Of a stretch of 64,000 nt of DNA, positions 1 through 26,200 are shown piece by piece. Made by a program: the position numbers and the translations under genes. This stretch comes from the human T2T-CHM13v2.0 reference genome, Homo sapiens. Every line of letters starts with the position of its first letter. Within the stretch, counting starts at the first letter, position 1. The DNA is taken from the NCBI RefSeq assembly GCF_009914755.1, contig NC_060947.1. One strand, given 5' to 3'. The notes under the pieces were generated by a model that had not been told where the DNA came from, ran no database searches, and saw only the letters and a program-made list of their open reading frames with translations.

Positions 1-2
1 AA

Positions 3-415
<413 letters not shown>

Positions 416-429
416 TAGTTCTGTGTTGC

Positions 430-910
430 TACATACAGCTATAATTCATTCATTTTAACTGCTGCATGGAATCCCATCAGATGAATACATCATAGTTGAT
501 GTATTCATTCTGTTGATGATCATTTAGGTTGCTTTTCGTTTCTTACTGTCTCAAACAAAATCCTTCAATGGACATCTACATATATACGTGTATCCTTATG
601 TACATGTGGGAGATTTTCTCTTGGTTAAATATCTAGGAGTGGTATTACTTGGTCATTGGGGTATGCCTAAGTTCAGTTTTGGTAGACACTGCCAAATAGC
701 TTTTCAGAGCAGTTGTACCAATTTATATAACCACCAATAGTGTACAAAAGTTCCAATAAATCCCCATCTTCACCAATACATGGTAATGTCAGTCTTTTTT
801 CATTTGAGCTCTTCTGATGGGTGTGCAGTAGTATCTCATTGTGGTTTTAGTTTGAATTTCCCTCATTACCAGTGAGATAGAGCACTTTTCATAGATTTAT
901 CATCTGATAT
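430..910 (-). mobile_element. Old L1M 3' fragment
   Basis: Reverse-strand L1 motifs (CTAGGAGTGGTATTACT, GTATCTCATTGTGGTTTT). Confidence 0.65.
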
Positions 911-1034
911 GCTTTCTTAAAGCAGGTATCAACAGAAACAAGAAAAGGGTGGCATGATGGACATGGAGGAGAGGTAGTGACTATGAAATGAGGGTGGGAA
1001 GTGAACACTAGAAAGGAGAGTCTAAGGACATTAA

Positions 1035-1359
<325 letters not shown>

Positions 1360-1752
1360 TGAATGCACCAGTTTTTCTGAGAACTAGCCAAGTATACATG
1401 AATTTGGGAATTTCTAAGCACAGCAGTTAATGGTGCATCCTTGAACTCCAACCACAAAAAATTCCTGGCAGTGACCTGAGGCCAAGCTCTCCTTTCCACA
1501 ACAACAGCAGTTCATGCTGTTTCCTGGCATCTCTCACCAAGTTAGTTTCCCAACTGAATCTCAATGCCCTTGTCTCAAAAATGGCAGCACTGGCTTGTCA
1601 GATTCCAGCTAGAAAGCCATATGACATCAGTGTTAAAGAGCATAGAAGGGTAAATGCTCTTTGTACCCAGCATCAATCAAACAGAACTTTCTATAGCAGT
1701 CTGTAATAGGCAGACTGTAATAACAACATGGTTTATAGTATTGCTTCTCAAA

Positions 1753-1929
1753 TTTTCTTTTGTTTTTCTTTTTTTTTTTAAGACAAGTTCTTGCTCTGTC
1801 ACCCAGACTGGAGTGCAGTGGTGTGAACGTGGCTCACTGCAGCCTCGACCTTCCTGGGCTCAGGTGATCCTCCTGCCTCAGCCTCCCAAGTAGCTAGGAC
1901 TACAGGTTATGCACCACCACACCTGGGTG

Positions 1930-1977
<48 letters not shown>

Positions 1978-2104
1978 TTTATTTTGTAGAGACAAGGTTT
2001 TGCCATTTTGCCCAGGCTGGTCTCAAACTTCCAAACTCAAGTGATCTGCCTGCCTTGGTCTCCCCAAGTGCTGGGATTATGGGCATGAGCTACCATGTCC
2101 AGCC
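1753..2104 (-). mobile_element. AluJ with (CA)n expansion in the linker (1932-1974)
   Basis: Dimer with J-type diagnostics, beside a MER5A-like fragment. Confidence 0.88.
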
Positions 2105-2335
2105 CTGCTTCTCGAACTTTAATATGAATGTGAATCACCTGGGATATTTCTAAAATGCAGATTCTAATTTAGTAGGCATGAGGTAAAGCCTGAGACTCTA
2201 CATTTCTAACAAGCTCTCCAATGCTGCTAATCTGAAGACCACATTTTTATTTTAGAACATGAGCTATGCAGTCAGGCAGACCTGAATTTCAATCCCAGTT
2301 CCACTGTTTTTTAGCTATGAAATCTCAGTAGGCTA

Positions 2336-2888
<553 letters not shown>

Positions 2889-3123
2889 GCCTAGCATGGT
2901 GCATGGAAAGAGTAAGTAAGTAATAAATGCTACTTATTATTAATATTCCATGAACTGTCACTCTCAACACATCTATACGCTAAAGACTGCAGTTCAGAAT
3001 GATTATCTGAAAGCACTGCAAGAGCCTACATTAATCAGAGAGAGACAGATTGAATCACATTTAGTCATATTTTGTTAGGCTTATTTCATTGGATTCTAAT
3101 TCTTTGAAAATTGAGACCTCATC

Positions 3124-3614
3124 TGTATCAGTCAGGGTCCCAGCAGGAAACAGATGGCACATTCAAATTAGCATAATTGGTGGAAAGTTTAACAAAAGGA
3201 CTATCTACAAAGGTGTGGGCAGGGTGTAGGAAAACCAGCAGAGAGAGAGAATGCATAACTTGGGGCCATTACTACCCAATGCACAAGAGGATGAGGGAAG
3301 AAACACATAGAAGAAAAAAGAAGAATGTGATACAGAGAGTCCTCACGAGAAAGCTGTGACCTTTAGTTAAGGGACAGTAGCTAGCCTGAGGCAATCCTGC
3401 AAGGAGGAAGCCAGAAATACACACCCTGACCTCAATTTCTTCCCTTCCTGTGATGTCCTGCCAGGGATCTCCACTGCTCAAACCCTACCAGAAGCCAAAA
3501 ATGGGAAAGGAACTCACTGATGTAATCCACATAGTTTGTTCTCCGGCAGCACAGAGCAGGGTATAAAAGGGTGAAGAGTAGATCAGGAGGGTTAAGTAGA
3601 AGATACCTGGTACA
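3124..3614. mobile_element. MLT1-type MaLR LTR
   Basis: TGTATCAGTCAGGGTCCCAGCAGGAAACAGATGGCAC terminus, ending ...ACA. Confidence 0.65.
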
Positions 3615-4581
3615 CCACCTGTGACACATACATTCAACTAAAATACATCCAAACCAGAACACTGTATTCCTCTGACCAAGCCAAGAGAGAACAGACTACT
3701 GTTTTGGACAAGGTTAAGCTCAACTAATTTATCACGAAATGGGGATCAATAATTTCCAGAGTATCTCCCCATTACATGTCCTATATCATCTAAAACCCAA
3801 CACAACTAAAACTGAATTCATCTTCCACTGCCAACCTAATTTAGCTTTCCCATTTCCCTACCATGGTAGCCTTTGGATATGCCAGTTTCTCAGCCAGCAA
3901 CATCCTTTCATTTCCTCTGTGCATATTTACATCTTACTTACCCTTTAAGGTCCAACTCAAATACTTCTCCCTCCTCCAACAGGTCTTTCCCCCAATTACT
4001 TTAGCCGCCACTGATTTTCCTTGTGTATGAACTCCCGTGGTGAGTAATTTAGTCACTATTGTCAAGTACTGCTATTTAACTGCTTTGTGTATACATATCA
4101 TCACGCTAATTAAATACTACACTTCTGAAGGGTGGGAACTATGTATTAACTTTCTTTTCCTCCTCATCAAAGGAAAGCAACTTAGACTTATTGCATATAA
4201 TGAGTATACAATAAACACCTGAAGAATAAAGATAGGGAAAAAATAGCAGGGAACCAAATTTCCAATCTCATTTGTACATGAAAGCTTTTCAGGAAAACCC
4301 TAGCTCTCTGAGGGCCTGCCTGGGCTTATGTGGAAATCTACAGGCACAAAGCGCAGCTCTGCTTATCATCTATCCACTTGGCATTTGAAAAACAGTCTTC
4401 TAAATAACCCTTGAGTTAAACAGAGAATCAAAACAGAAATTACAAACTGTAAAAATAATCAGCAGGAAAATCGGAACCCATCAAAACCTATACTATGCAG
4501 CTAAAGTGGTACTCATAAGAAAGTTGCAGCATTACATTCACTTATTTATTCCAATATATTCAAATGTATTTCAACTGATAA

Positions 4582-4891
<310 letters not shown>

Positions 4892-6040
4892 AATACATGA
4901 ATTATTTTCATTGACAATAAATGCACTAAACAGTCACCTCAAAAATACAGGTAAGTAACAAAATAGCATAACCAAAGAAAGTAGAAAGAAAGAATTAAGT
5001 ATCTTTTTAAAAAAATCAATGACCCATTTCTCACTACTCCTCCCTCTTAAAATAAAACAGAAAACCTTGATGTAAAAACAATCAAGCATGGGAAGACTTT
5101 GAAAGGTGGAAAGGACAAGGTGGATTACCTAGAGACCTTAGGACCTAAAGAACACTACACTAATGAGCTGTCTACCATAAATCCCAGATGGGGCGCTGGA
5201 GAAGCCTGCAACCTGAAACTGCCAATAGGCCCAGACCCAAAAAAAGAGCCCCTTTCTGTTTCCTTTAGTTAAATGACTAGGAAAAGGGTGGCCTAGCAGA
5301 AGAGAAAATCTTTTTGATAATATCCACTCTACCCTAATCAAACATCAAAGGAAAATTTCCCCCTTCCCTGTGGTGTCAGCTGTGCCAAACAGAGATACCC
5401 ATGTCTGCCTCCACATGGCAGCAGTTAGGCAGGGCAACTAGGCCCTGCGCCTCCCCCACAGGGGTGGTATCAGCAGGACCAAACAGGAGTGAACTTCCAC
5501 CCTATCTCCCCAGTAGCAAAGAGGTGGAACCAGGCTATGAGAAGTGGTGCTAGATGGCCCTCCAGTTTCCCCACTGGGGTAGTATTAGTGGGGCCATCCC
5601 TACCTGACAGCAATGAGTTGGTGCAAGTCATCCCTCCATTCCGCATTCCCCCACCTGGAAGGGGTCTGGCAGTGAGGTGAACTTCCCTCCTTCCCCACAG
5701 TGCCAACAAGGTAGAACAAAACAGTGTGGCAGTATTCTGCTTCTCTCTAATCCCTGTGTCAGTCGACAAGGCCCGACAGGGAGCAGAACTTACAATCTCA
5801 CCCAGCAGCAACAAAGTGATGTGAGTCAGTTCTATGCTTTTGCCAGGGAGGTATCTGCAAGGCTGAGTGGGGAACTAAACTTTCACTTCCATCCATTGGC
5901 AACAAGATGGGGCAAGGTGCTTCACTTTTGCCAGTGTCAGCAGGGTCCAGCAGAAAGCTGTATATCCACTCCAACACAGACCTGCACACCACATTTAACC
6001 CAGGGTGACTGCCTGCAAAAAAGGAAAAAGAAACAGGATG

Positions 6041-6388
<348 letters not shown>

Positions 6389-7637
6389 TAAAATGTCAAA
6401 AATACAATAGAAAATCACTTATACCAAGAATCAGAAAAATCTCAATATGAATGAGAAAATAAAATCCACAGACTCCAGTGCTGAGCTGACACAGATGTTG
6501 GAATGATCTGACAAGGATTTTAAAGCAATCATTATAAAAATGCTTCAACAAGCAATTTAAAGTATGCTTGAAACAAATGAAAAGAAGTCTCAGCAAAGAA
6601 ACAGAACATATAAAAAAGAACCAAATGAAAATTTTAGAATTAAAAAATAAAACAATAAAAATTTTAAAACTCACTGGATGGGCTATAGCCGAATGAATAT
6701 GACAGAAGAAAAAAATCAGTGAACTTGAATATAGAACAACAAAAATTACCCAATGTGAACAAGAGAGAAAACAGACTAAAAAGAAATGAACAGAGCCTCA
6801 GGGTCCTAAAGGACAATGAAGAAAAACAGAACATTCGTATCACTGGAGTTCCAGCAGAAAAATAGAAAGACTAGGGGGCTGAAAAAGTTCTGAAAAAATA
6901 ATAGCTGAAAACTTCCCAAAGGTTAAAATGTTGACAGTAGAAGACTGTGGTAAATTACTTATGTATAATGCAATAATTAGAACAACCACTTAAATATCCA
7001 TATAAAATATATATTCATAACCTATATAAATAAATGAAAATGGAATTATATGCACCAAACAACAGACTGCAAAATACATGAAGCAAAAACTAATAGATAG
7101 GAAAGTGCAAATAGATAAGTCCACAATTGTATTTAAAACTTGTAACATTTCTCTCTCAACAAATAACAGATCAAAATCAAAAAGGATATAGAAGGACTGA
7201 ACACCACCATCAACCATCAAGGTCTAATTGACATTTACAGAATATTTCACCCACCAACAGCAGAGCAGATGTTCTTTTAAAGAGCACATGGAATCTTCAC
7301 CAAAACAGATCATATCCTGGGTCATAAAATAAACCTAAACAAAAGGACTGAAACTATGTTAAAAGAACTAAAGCCATAGAGTATATTTTCTGAGCACAAG
7401 TTAAACTAGAAATTAATAACTAAAAGACAATGGGAAAATCTCCAAACATTTGAAAATTAAGCAACACACATAAATATACCATAGGTCAAAGAAGAAGTCT
7501 CAAGGGAAATTTAAAAAATATATAAAACTGAATGAAAATAAAAATACAATATATCAAAATGTACGGAATGCAGCTAAAGCAGTGGTGACAACAAAATTTA
7601 TAGGACTAAACACTTACATTAGAAAAAAGGAGGACAG

Positions 7638-8115
<478 letters not shown>

Positions 8116-9617
8116 AAGAGAATCCCCCGGGGGTGGGGGGTGGGGGGGAAGAAAAAGAAGAAAAGGAAAACACTCAAACAAATAATCTAAGTACCCATCT
8201 CACCTTAAGAAACTAGAACAACAATAGCAAGGCAAACAGAAGAAAGGAAGTAACAATGTTAAGAGCATAAATCAAGGAAGTTGAAAACAGAAAAACCATA
8301 CAGATGATGACTGAAACAAACAGGTGATTCTTTGGGGAAAAAAAATCAATAAAATTGATAAACCTCTAGAAAGACTGACAAAGAAAAAACAGAGAAGACA
8401 CAATTCACCAATATCAGGAATAAAAGAGGATAATAAGAGAATACTATGAACAACTCTGCATGGATAGATTTGATAACTTAGATTAAATAGACCAATTTCT
8501 CAAAAAGCACAAACTACCACAACTCATCCAATACAAAATAAATAATTTGTGAATAGCTTTATAACCATTAAAGAAGTTAAACTTATAGTTTAAAAATTCC
8601 TAAAAGAAAAATCTCCAGGCCCAGATGGTTTCACTAAGAATTATGCCAAACATTTAAAGAATTAATACAAATTCTTCATAATTTTTGCCAGAAAAAGGGA
8701 GGGAATTCCAACTGATTTTATGAGGCCAGTATTACCCTGAGACCAAAATCAGACGAAGACAGTACAAATAATAATAATAATAATAATTATACCTCACAAC
8801 TAATTGTGGTTTATTCTAGGTATACAAGTCTGGTTCAATATTTGAAAATCAATGTAATCCACATATCAACAGGCTTAAAAAATAAAAACCACATGATCAT
8901 ATCAAACAATGTAGAAAAAGCATTTGACTAAATTCAACATCCATTCATGATAAAAGCTCTTAGCAAACTAGGAATACAAGGTAACTTCATTAACCTAGTA
9001 AAGAATATCCACCAAAAAACTAGAGCTAACATCATACTTAAGGTTAGGGGTGGCAGTGGCAGTGGCATGGGGGTCGCTGGCCTCCATTAAAAAAAAAAAG
9101 TTGAAAGACAATGCTTTCTCCAAAGATCAGAAAAAAAGGCAAGAATGTGTGCTTCTCACCACGGTGATTCAACATAGTACTGGAAGTTCTAACTTGCTCA
9201 ATAAGGCAAGAAAAATGAAATAAAGGAATAAATATTGGAAAGGGAGAAATAAAATCATCCCTATCCTCAGACGACATGACTGTTTACGTAGAAACTCTCA
9301 AAGAATCAACACACATTAAAAACAAAACAAAACAAAAAAAACCCTACTGATACACACAACAAATTAGATGGATCTAAAGGGAATTATGTTGAGTGGAAAA
9401 GCCAATCTCAAAAGATTCCATTTATATAACATCCTTAATGATGAAATTACAAAGATGGAGAACAGATTAATGGTTGCCAAGTTTAGGGACATGGGAGGAG
9501 AAGAGGTGAGTGTGACTATACAGAGGTAGGAGGATCTTTGTGGTTACAAAAAGTCCTATATCTTTATTTTGATGGTGGTTACACAAATCTATGCACGTGT
9601 TAAAACTGCACAGAATT

Positions 9618-12373
<2,756 letters not shown>

Positions 12374-12631
12374 GAGTTTTCTTTTTAAAAAAGCAAAAAC
12401 AAAAATCCTCGATATGAATGTTTATAGCAGCTCTATTTATAATTGACAAACATTGGGAAACAATCCAAATGCCCTTCAAAGAACAGAATAAACTGTGGGT
12501 ATATCCATACAATGGAATACTGTTCAGCAATAAAAACAAACCATGTATACGCACAACAGCTTGGATGAATTTCAAAGCCATTACAATGAATGAAAAAAGC
12601 CAGCCTCAAAAGTGATTGCACCAAGTCATCG

Positions 12632-13055
12632 AATCAACCTAAATGCCCATCAATAATAGACTGGATAAAGAAAATGTGGTACATATGCACCATGGACTAC
12701 TATGCAGCCACAAAAAGGAATGAGATCATGTCCTTTGCAAGGACATGGATGGAGTTGGAAGGCATTATTCTCAGCAAACTAATGTAGGAACAGAAAACCA
12801 AATACCACATGTTCTCACTTATAAGTGGGAGCTAAATGATGAGAGATGGACTCATGGTAAGGACAACATACACTGGGCACATGTGGGAGGAGGTGGGGGG
12901 AGGAGTTGCATCAGGAAGAATAGCTAACGCATGCTGGGCTTAATACCTAGGTGATGGGATGATCTGTGCAGCAAATCACCATGGCACATGTTTACCTATA
13001 TAACAAACCTGCACATCCTGCATGTATACCTCTGTACTTCACATAAAAGTTTTAA
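12632..13055 (+). mobile_element. L1PA (older primate) 3' end
   Basis: GGATAAAGAAAATGTGGTAC...AATACCTAGGTGATGGG...AACAAACCTGCACATCCTG. Confidence 0.85.
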
Positions 13056-13270
13056 AAAATTATGATTTTTTTAAGTTATTGCCCTACTGCACTCCAGCCT
13101 GTGCAACAGAGTGAGACCCTGTCTCTAAAGCAAAAACCAAACCAAACCAAAACTAAACTAAAATGGATGGTTCCATTTATATGACAGTCTTGAAATGACA
13201 ACACTGTCATTAGAGAACAGATTATTGGTTGTCAGAAGTTAGAGGTGAGGGGAGTGGATAGGAGGGTTAG

Positions 13271-16004
13271 ACTGGAGATAAAGGCATGCAGTATGAACTC
13301 TTTTTTAAGAAAGCAGATTTTATGGAATATAGACATGTGACCCTCTTCCGCCCTTTTGGACCTCTCATGAAAGTGAAGAGCAAGATGATTGACATCATTA
13401 GATCAATTATTATTAATATCATTATGCCACTTGCTGAAAGAACTGAAGCACTTGTACAGTTTATGCAGAACTTCAGGGAGGTTTGTATTCATCAAGACAA
13501 GATTCATCTCACAGTAGTGTATTTTGGTAACGAAGGACTGTCTAAAGTCAAGTCTAGCCTAGAATTTGTCACAAGTGAGTCTAATTTTCACAATTACACT
13601 GTGGTCTCATTGAATGAAGAATTTAATCGTGGATGAGGACTAAATGTGGGTGCCCGAGCTTGGGACAAGGGAGAGGTCTTTATGTTTTTCTGTGATGTTG
13701 ATATCTATTTCTCAGCCGAATTCCTTAACAGCTGACAGTTAAATGCTGAGCCTGGTAAGAAGGTGTTTTACCCTGTGGTGTTCAGTCTTTACAATCCTGC
13801 CATTGTTTATGCCAACGAGGAAGTGCCATCACCTGTGGAGCAGCAGCTGGTTCACAAAAAGGATTCTGGCTTTTGGAGAGATTTTGGCTTTGGAATGACT
13901 TGTCAGTATCGATCTGATTTCCTGATCATTGGTAGATTTGACATGGAAGTGAAAGGTTGGGGTGGAGAAGATGTTCATCTTTGTCAAAAATACTTACATG
14001 GTGACCTCATTGTGATTTGGACTCCGGTTACTGGTCTTTTCCACCTCTGGCCTGAAAAACGCTGTGCTGATGAGCTGACCCCCGAGCAGTACCGCATGTG
14101 CATCCAGTCTAAAGCCATAAATGAGGCGTCTCGCTCCCACCTGGGAATGCTGGTCTTCAGGGAGGAAATAGAGACGCATCTTCATAAACAGGCATACAGG
14201 ACAAACAGCGAAGCTGTTGGTTGAAATCATAATTAATGCGTTACTGTGTGAACCGCAAACCAGCACTATTTATTTAGCCTTAATTCCACTTCCGGATGCA
14301 GTGCCTCTTTTGGAGAAGACATGTTTATTTTTCCTTTCTGACATTACTTTAGCAGTTCAACTTGATGAGAGATGAAAAAAACAAATGTTTCAACACAAAG
14401 TCTCTGTTTTGTGAAAATACTGCACTATGGAATAATTGACAAATTAAAATCTCGTATTTGTCCCAAAAGTTGTTTTGAGTTAGTTCTACCTGGTGCCCAT
14501 GTTCTGATTGTGTGTGGGATTGCATGGTGTCCTGATTGCATCTAGGTGGAGCGGATGGAATGTGCTGGGCTGCTGTTGGGTGAAGAGCAGCACATTCTTA
14601 CAGAGGAGATGGAGTGCTATGAGCATAGTGTGTGGACAGGTATCTTCATCTGCCCACCCCTGAGTCAGCGTGCTTGATTTGATAGCTTGAAGAGTCCTTT
14701 TCCACTGAAGCAGAGGATAATTATTTGACACATCTGAAATCCTCAATCAATCAATCAAGAGAAAGGTAGAAATAAAAACTCCTTAACTTACTGTTGCTTA
14801 GCCTCCTGAAAGTCTGTTTTTAAGCAAATGGGTAATAGTAGAAAACAGGTTAGAATCTATGGCTTGATTAAAAATATAATGCTATTACATTATCATCATG
14901 CTCAGGATTAGTAGTCAGAGTTGCTATAGACTATTTTGCACAAACAGAAAAGAACACGGAAACCTTTTTAACAGAGCATTTAATTATGTTGGAGTACAGG
15001 ATCCTAGCTGTGTCTGGGAACATTAGTTTATGTGCGCCAGCTACATCAGGGTCTTCCCATGGTGGTTCAGAATAGATGAGCATAGCAAGGTTTTGTTTTT
15101 GCTTTCGATTTTCTCATTTGGCATGGACCCATATGTATTTGCTATCCTTTTTTCTAATATATTAATATATGCTACATTTGTATTTGCATTACTATAATAC
15201 TTTGAGTTGAAAAAGAGTTTCATTGTGGGGAGAAAAAGCAAATGGTATACCACAAGGTCACTCTGATTTGAGAAAAGAGAGGAGGAGGGGAAGATAGTCT
15301 GAATGGAAATCTGAAATATGGAATGTTTTAGAGAAATATATCACTTGCATATAGAATGTTTTGAGGTATAAATTAATGAGACAAAGTGAAGAAGAAATTA
15401 TATTCAGATAGGACTGCACTATGTGTGATTATTTGTCACAAATGGATCTGTTACCATCAGGTCAATTCCTAGCATGCATAAATTTTTTAACCTTCAGCTT
15501 TTAAAAGAGACCTATGTTGAATTCTATTAGTATGTAAACCCCTGAAAATTCACTGAAGAAAAATCATTACTCTTTTTCTCAGTAAATCATATCATCTGAA
15601 ATATTACAAATTTCAAATTTCTAGGTGCTATATTAATTCAATATTATAATAACTCTTACCTAATTATTCTTACAAGTTTTGAGTTGTGGTAGTGTTTAGG
15701 GATTTTTTTAAAGATGTGTGAAATATTCTCTGCAAAATCAGGCCACTGTCTCCTTTTATATATTAATACAATTGTGTATTACAAAGACCAGTGAATTATA
15801 ATATTTAAAGTGAGATAACGTAATTATTTGCAAAGGTAAGTTACAGCTTGTTTTTCGAGAGAATCAAATGAGTTTACTTTTCCTCCTATTGTTTTTAAAC
15901 TAGCTTTTAGTTTAAAGATGGAAGCTAACCAATGGAAATGTTACTATGTTTTTGACGTTTATTAAACAGTACCAATAAAGTATTTTATTGCCAGAAAAAA
16001 TAAA
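13271..16004 (+). pseudogene. CSGALNACT2P: Processed pseudogene of CSGALNACT2 (chondroitin sulfate GalNAc-transferase 2), 5'-truncated, with long 3'UTR
   Basis: Intronless single frame 13286-14224 matching the CSGALNACT2 C-terminal half (CDVD, GWGGED, ending [10 protein letters not shown]); TGA stops at 13634 and 13733; AATAAA at 15974 and a decayed A-tail at ~15995; pseudogene number not determined. Confidence 0.93.
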
Positions 16005-16479
16005 TTTTTAAAAATGGTATAGATGTGTTTTTAAAAAGTCAATTTTAATATGTGATAATTTTTAAAGAGAAAGAAAAGATAAAAGAGATAGGAAACCAGA
16101 TTAAGAGAGATATTGAAATATCAAGTTTTTAAAAAATGGGCAATACTATAGTATATAGGGGAGTGACATCAGCAAAATAGCAGATTAGGTAGCTCTAAAC
16201 TCCTATTCCTCCACAGAAACATAGAAAAACAAACAGAAACTGTCAAAGCCAACTTTTTCAGGACTTTGAAAAACAGTCAAAGGTGAACACTGAAACAACA
16301 ACAAAAAAAGAAACTAAAATGGCAGGAGAGCTTTGTGGCATTTTTACTCATCCTTGCCCCACTCCTCTGGCTTGGTGGTGGTTTAGAAGATGGCACCCTG
16401 CATTCCCAGTTTAAGACCCTGTTCTCTGGTTCCAGAGACAGCAGAGCAAATCTTATTCACAAATTATTGTGTAGGTCTG

Positions 16480-17042
<563 letters not shown>

Positions 17043-17501
17043 TTATCAACAAAGAATTCTATATCCAGCAAAACTGCCCTTCAAAAATGGAGTAATAAAA
17101 CATTCCCAGGCGAACAAAAGTTAGGGGAGCTCGTTACCTGTAGACCTGCCCTGTGAGAAATGCTAAAGGGCAGCCTTCAAGTTGAAACAAAATGACACTA
17201 GATAGTAACTTGAAGCCATATGAAGAAATGAAGATCTCCGGTAAAAGTAACTGCATACAAATAAAAGCCAGTAATACTGCAAGTCTGGTTTGTAACTCCA
17301 TTTTATTTCCTACATGATTTAAAAAGCAAATGCTTAAAAATAATTTTAAATTTATATTACTGGGCATACAATGTACAAAAATGTAAGCTGTGACAACAAA
17401 GTGGGGTGGAGCTACAAAGGTACAGAATTTTTATATGCTATTAAAACTATGCTGGTATCAATTTAAACTAGAGGGTTATAAATTCAAGATGTTGACTGTA
17501 G

Positions 17502-17924
<423 letters not shown>

Positions 17925-18261
17925 TCAGCAAAAAAAAAAAAAAAAAGAATCGTGGCTACTTTTGCAGGGAAGGAGGGAGCTGTGATTTGAATGTGGCAAA
18001 TGGAGGAGCCTCTGGGATGGCTCACAACATTCTATTTCTTGACCTGGGTGGTGGTTACAAGGGTGTTCACTTTAACTCCTTAAGCTTTGTTTTGTGTAGT
18101 TTTCTCTAACTGTGCTTTATTTTATATTTAAAAACTTGTTAAAAATAGCAGAGATAGAAAGGGGAGATGGAACCAAGATGAGTCAGGGAAGGCTTCTTTG
18201 AGGAGGTAACATTTAAATCGAGCACTGAAAGATAAGAAAGGGCTACTAAAGTAAAGGGTGG

Positions 18262-20225
<1,964 letters not shown>

Positions 20226-20614
20226 TCATGAAAGAACCCTAATAGGCAACTCAGGTTGGGTTAAAAGGGAAGTGTCATACCAGGGTCAGATCAGTAGAAT
20301 CCCACAACCAACAAAACTATACCCACTGGGGGAACTGCCGTATTTACTTATGCCCCTCTAATATTTCAGTTTAAAAGCTATAATTTATTCCTGATGACAC
20401 ATAACACTAGGCAATTCTGTTCACTCTTTGCTGATTCTATCTCTACTAATTGTCAAGATAATATTAAATAATACCATATATGCTCATCTGCTTAGATCCA
20501 ATCTCGTCATAAGCCTGCTCTTCACCAGTCCTCATGCTAACCAATCTAATGTTAGCCAATTAGTAACAAGAAAATGATCCCAGTTATTGCTAATATTTTA
20601 CCTTGCATGAGGTC

Positions 20615-23339
<2,725 letters not shown>

Positions 23340-23762
23340 AGGTCTAATCAGAATTTAGCCTGTCTCAGTCACGTTTCCTGTCTCAGTCACATTTCCATTC
23401 ACCTTCTTCAGTCAAAACTTTTCCTCCATACTTCTAAGCAGGTACCAAAGAAAATAACATGAATTCAGAGTCATCTATAAAATAAGAAAACAACTAAATC
23501 AAGATAGGGGAAAGGTACAGTAAATTATTCCTCTACCTAACACATTTCTGGGCATGACAGAAAAACAGCAGTATCAACTGGGTTACTTCCCTTGATGGCT
23601 AGCACAAGATCTCAGCTATAGACAGCTCCCCTTGGATGGCAAGTATGGAGAAAAGAAAGGGAAAACGCAACCTCCAGTTGGCCAAAAATCAATCTACATA
23701 TTTAGAAAAGCCTTCAGCTGAGACCTTTCAAAGGACTGTAAAGTGCCTCATTCAGATAAAGA

Positions 23763-24399
<637 letters not shown>

Positions 24400-24455
24400 G
24401 CTGAAGGCCTGGTCTGTGATCCAATTCAAAATTTAGAATTAAGAGTAAGTATGTG

Positions 24456-25870
<1,415 letters not shown>

Positions 25871-25969
25871 TAAAAAGTTCACTAAGTATGATACAGTTTG
25901 GCTAGAAGAGATAGAGATACGCAGAGCAGAGGCAGTTTCTCTGGTATCTGAGGTCTGCAAGACCTTTGA

Positions 25970-26200
25970 CCTAATACAGACCCTGAAGCCAGAATGCCTA
26001 GGTTTGAATTCTGGCTTTACCATTTATTAGCTAGGTAACCTTTGGCAAGTTATGTAACCCCTTTGTGAACAACTTCATCTCTGAAAAGTAGGAATGATAG
26101 CCCCTACTTTGTCATGCTGTAGTAAGGATTAAATGAATTAATGTGTATAAAGTGCTTTAATGAGCCCTGGCACAAAGTAAATTCTATATAAATATTTTGT
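25970..26200 (+). mobile_element. MIR
   Basis: GGTTTGAATTCTGGCT...GGCAAGTTA...AGGATTAAATGA core. Confidence 0.7.

Noticed and set aside
13286-14224. 116-aa and 153-aa glycosyltransferase ORFs as a functional retrogene
   Set aside because: 5'-truncated, no transmembrane anchor or promoter, and two in-frame stops split the catalytic domain
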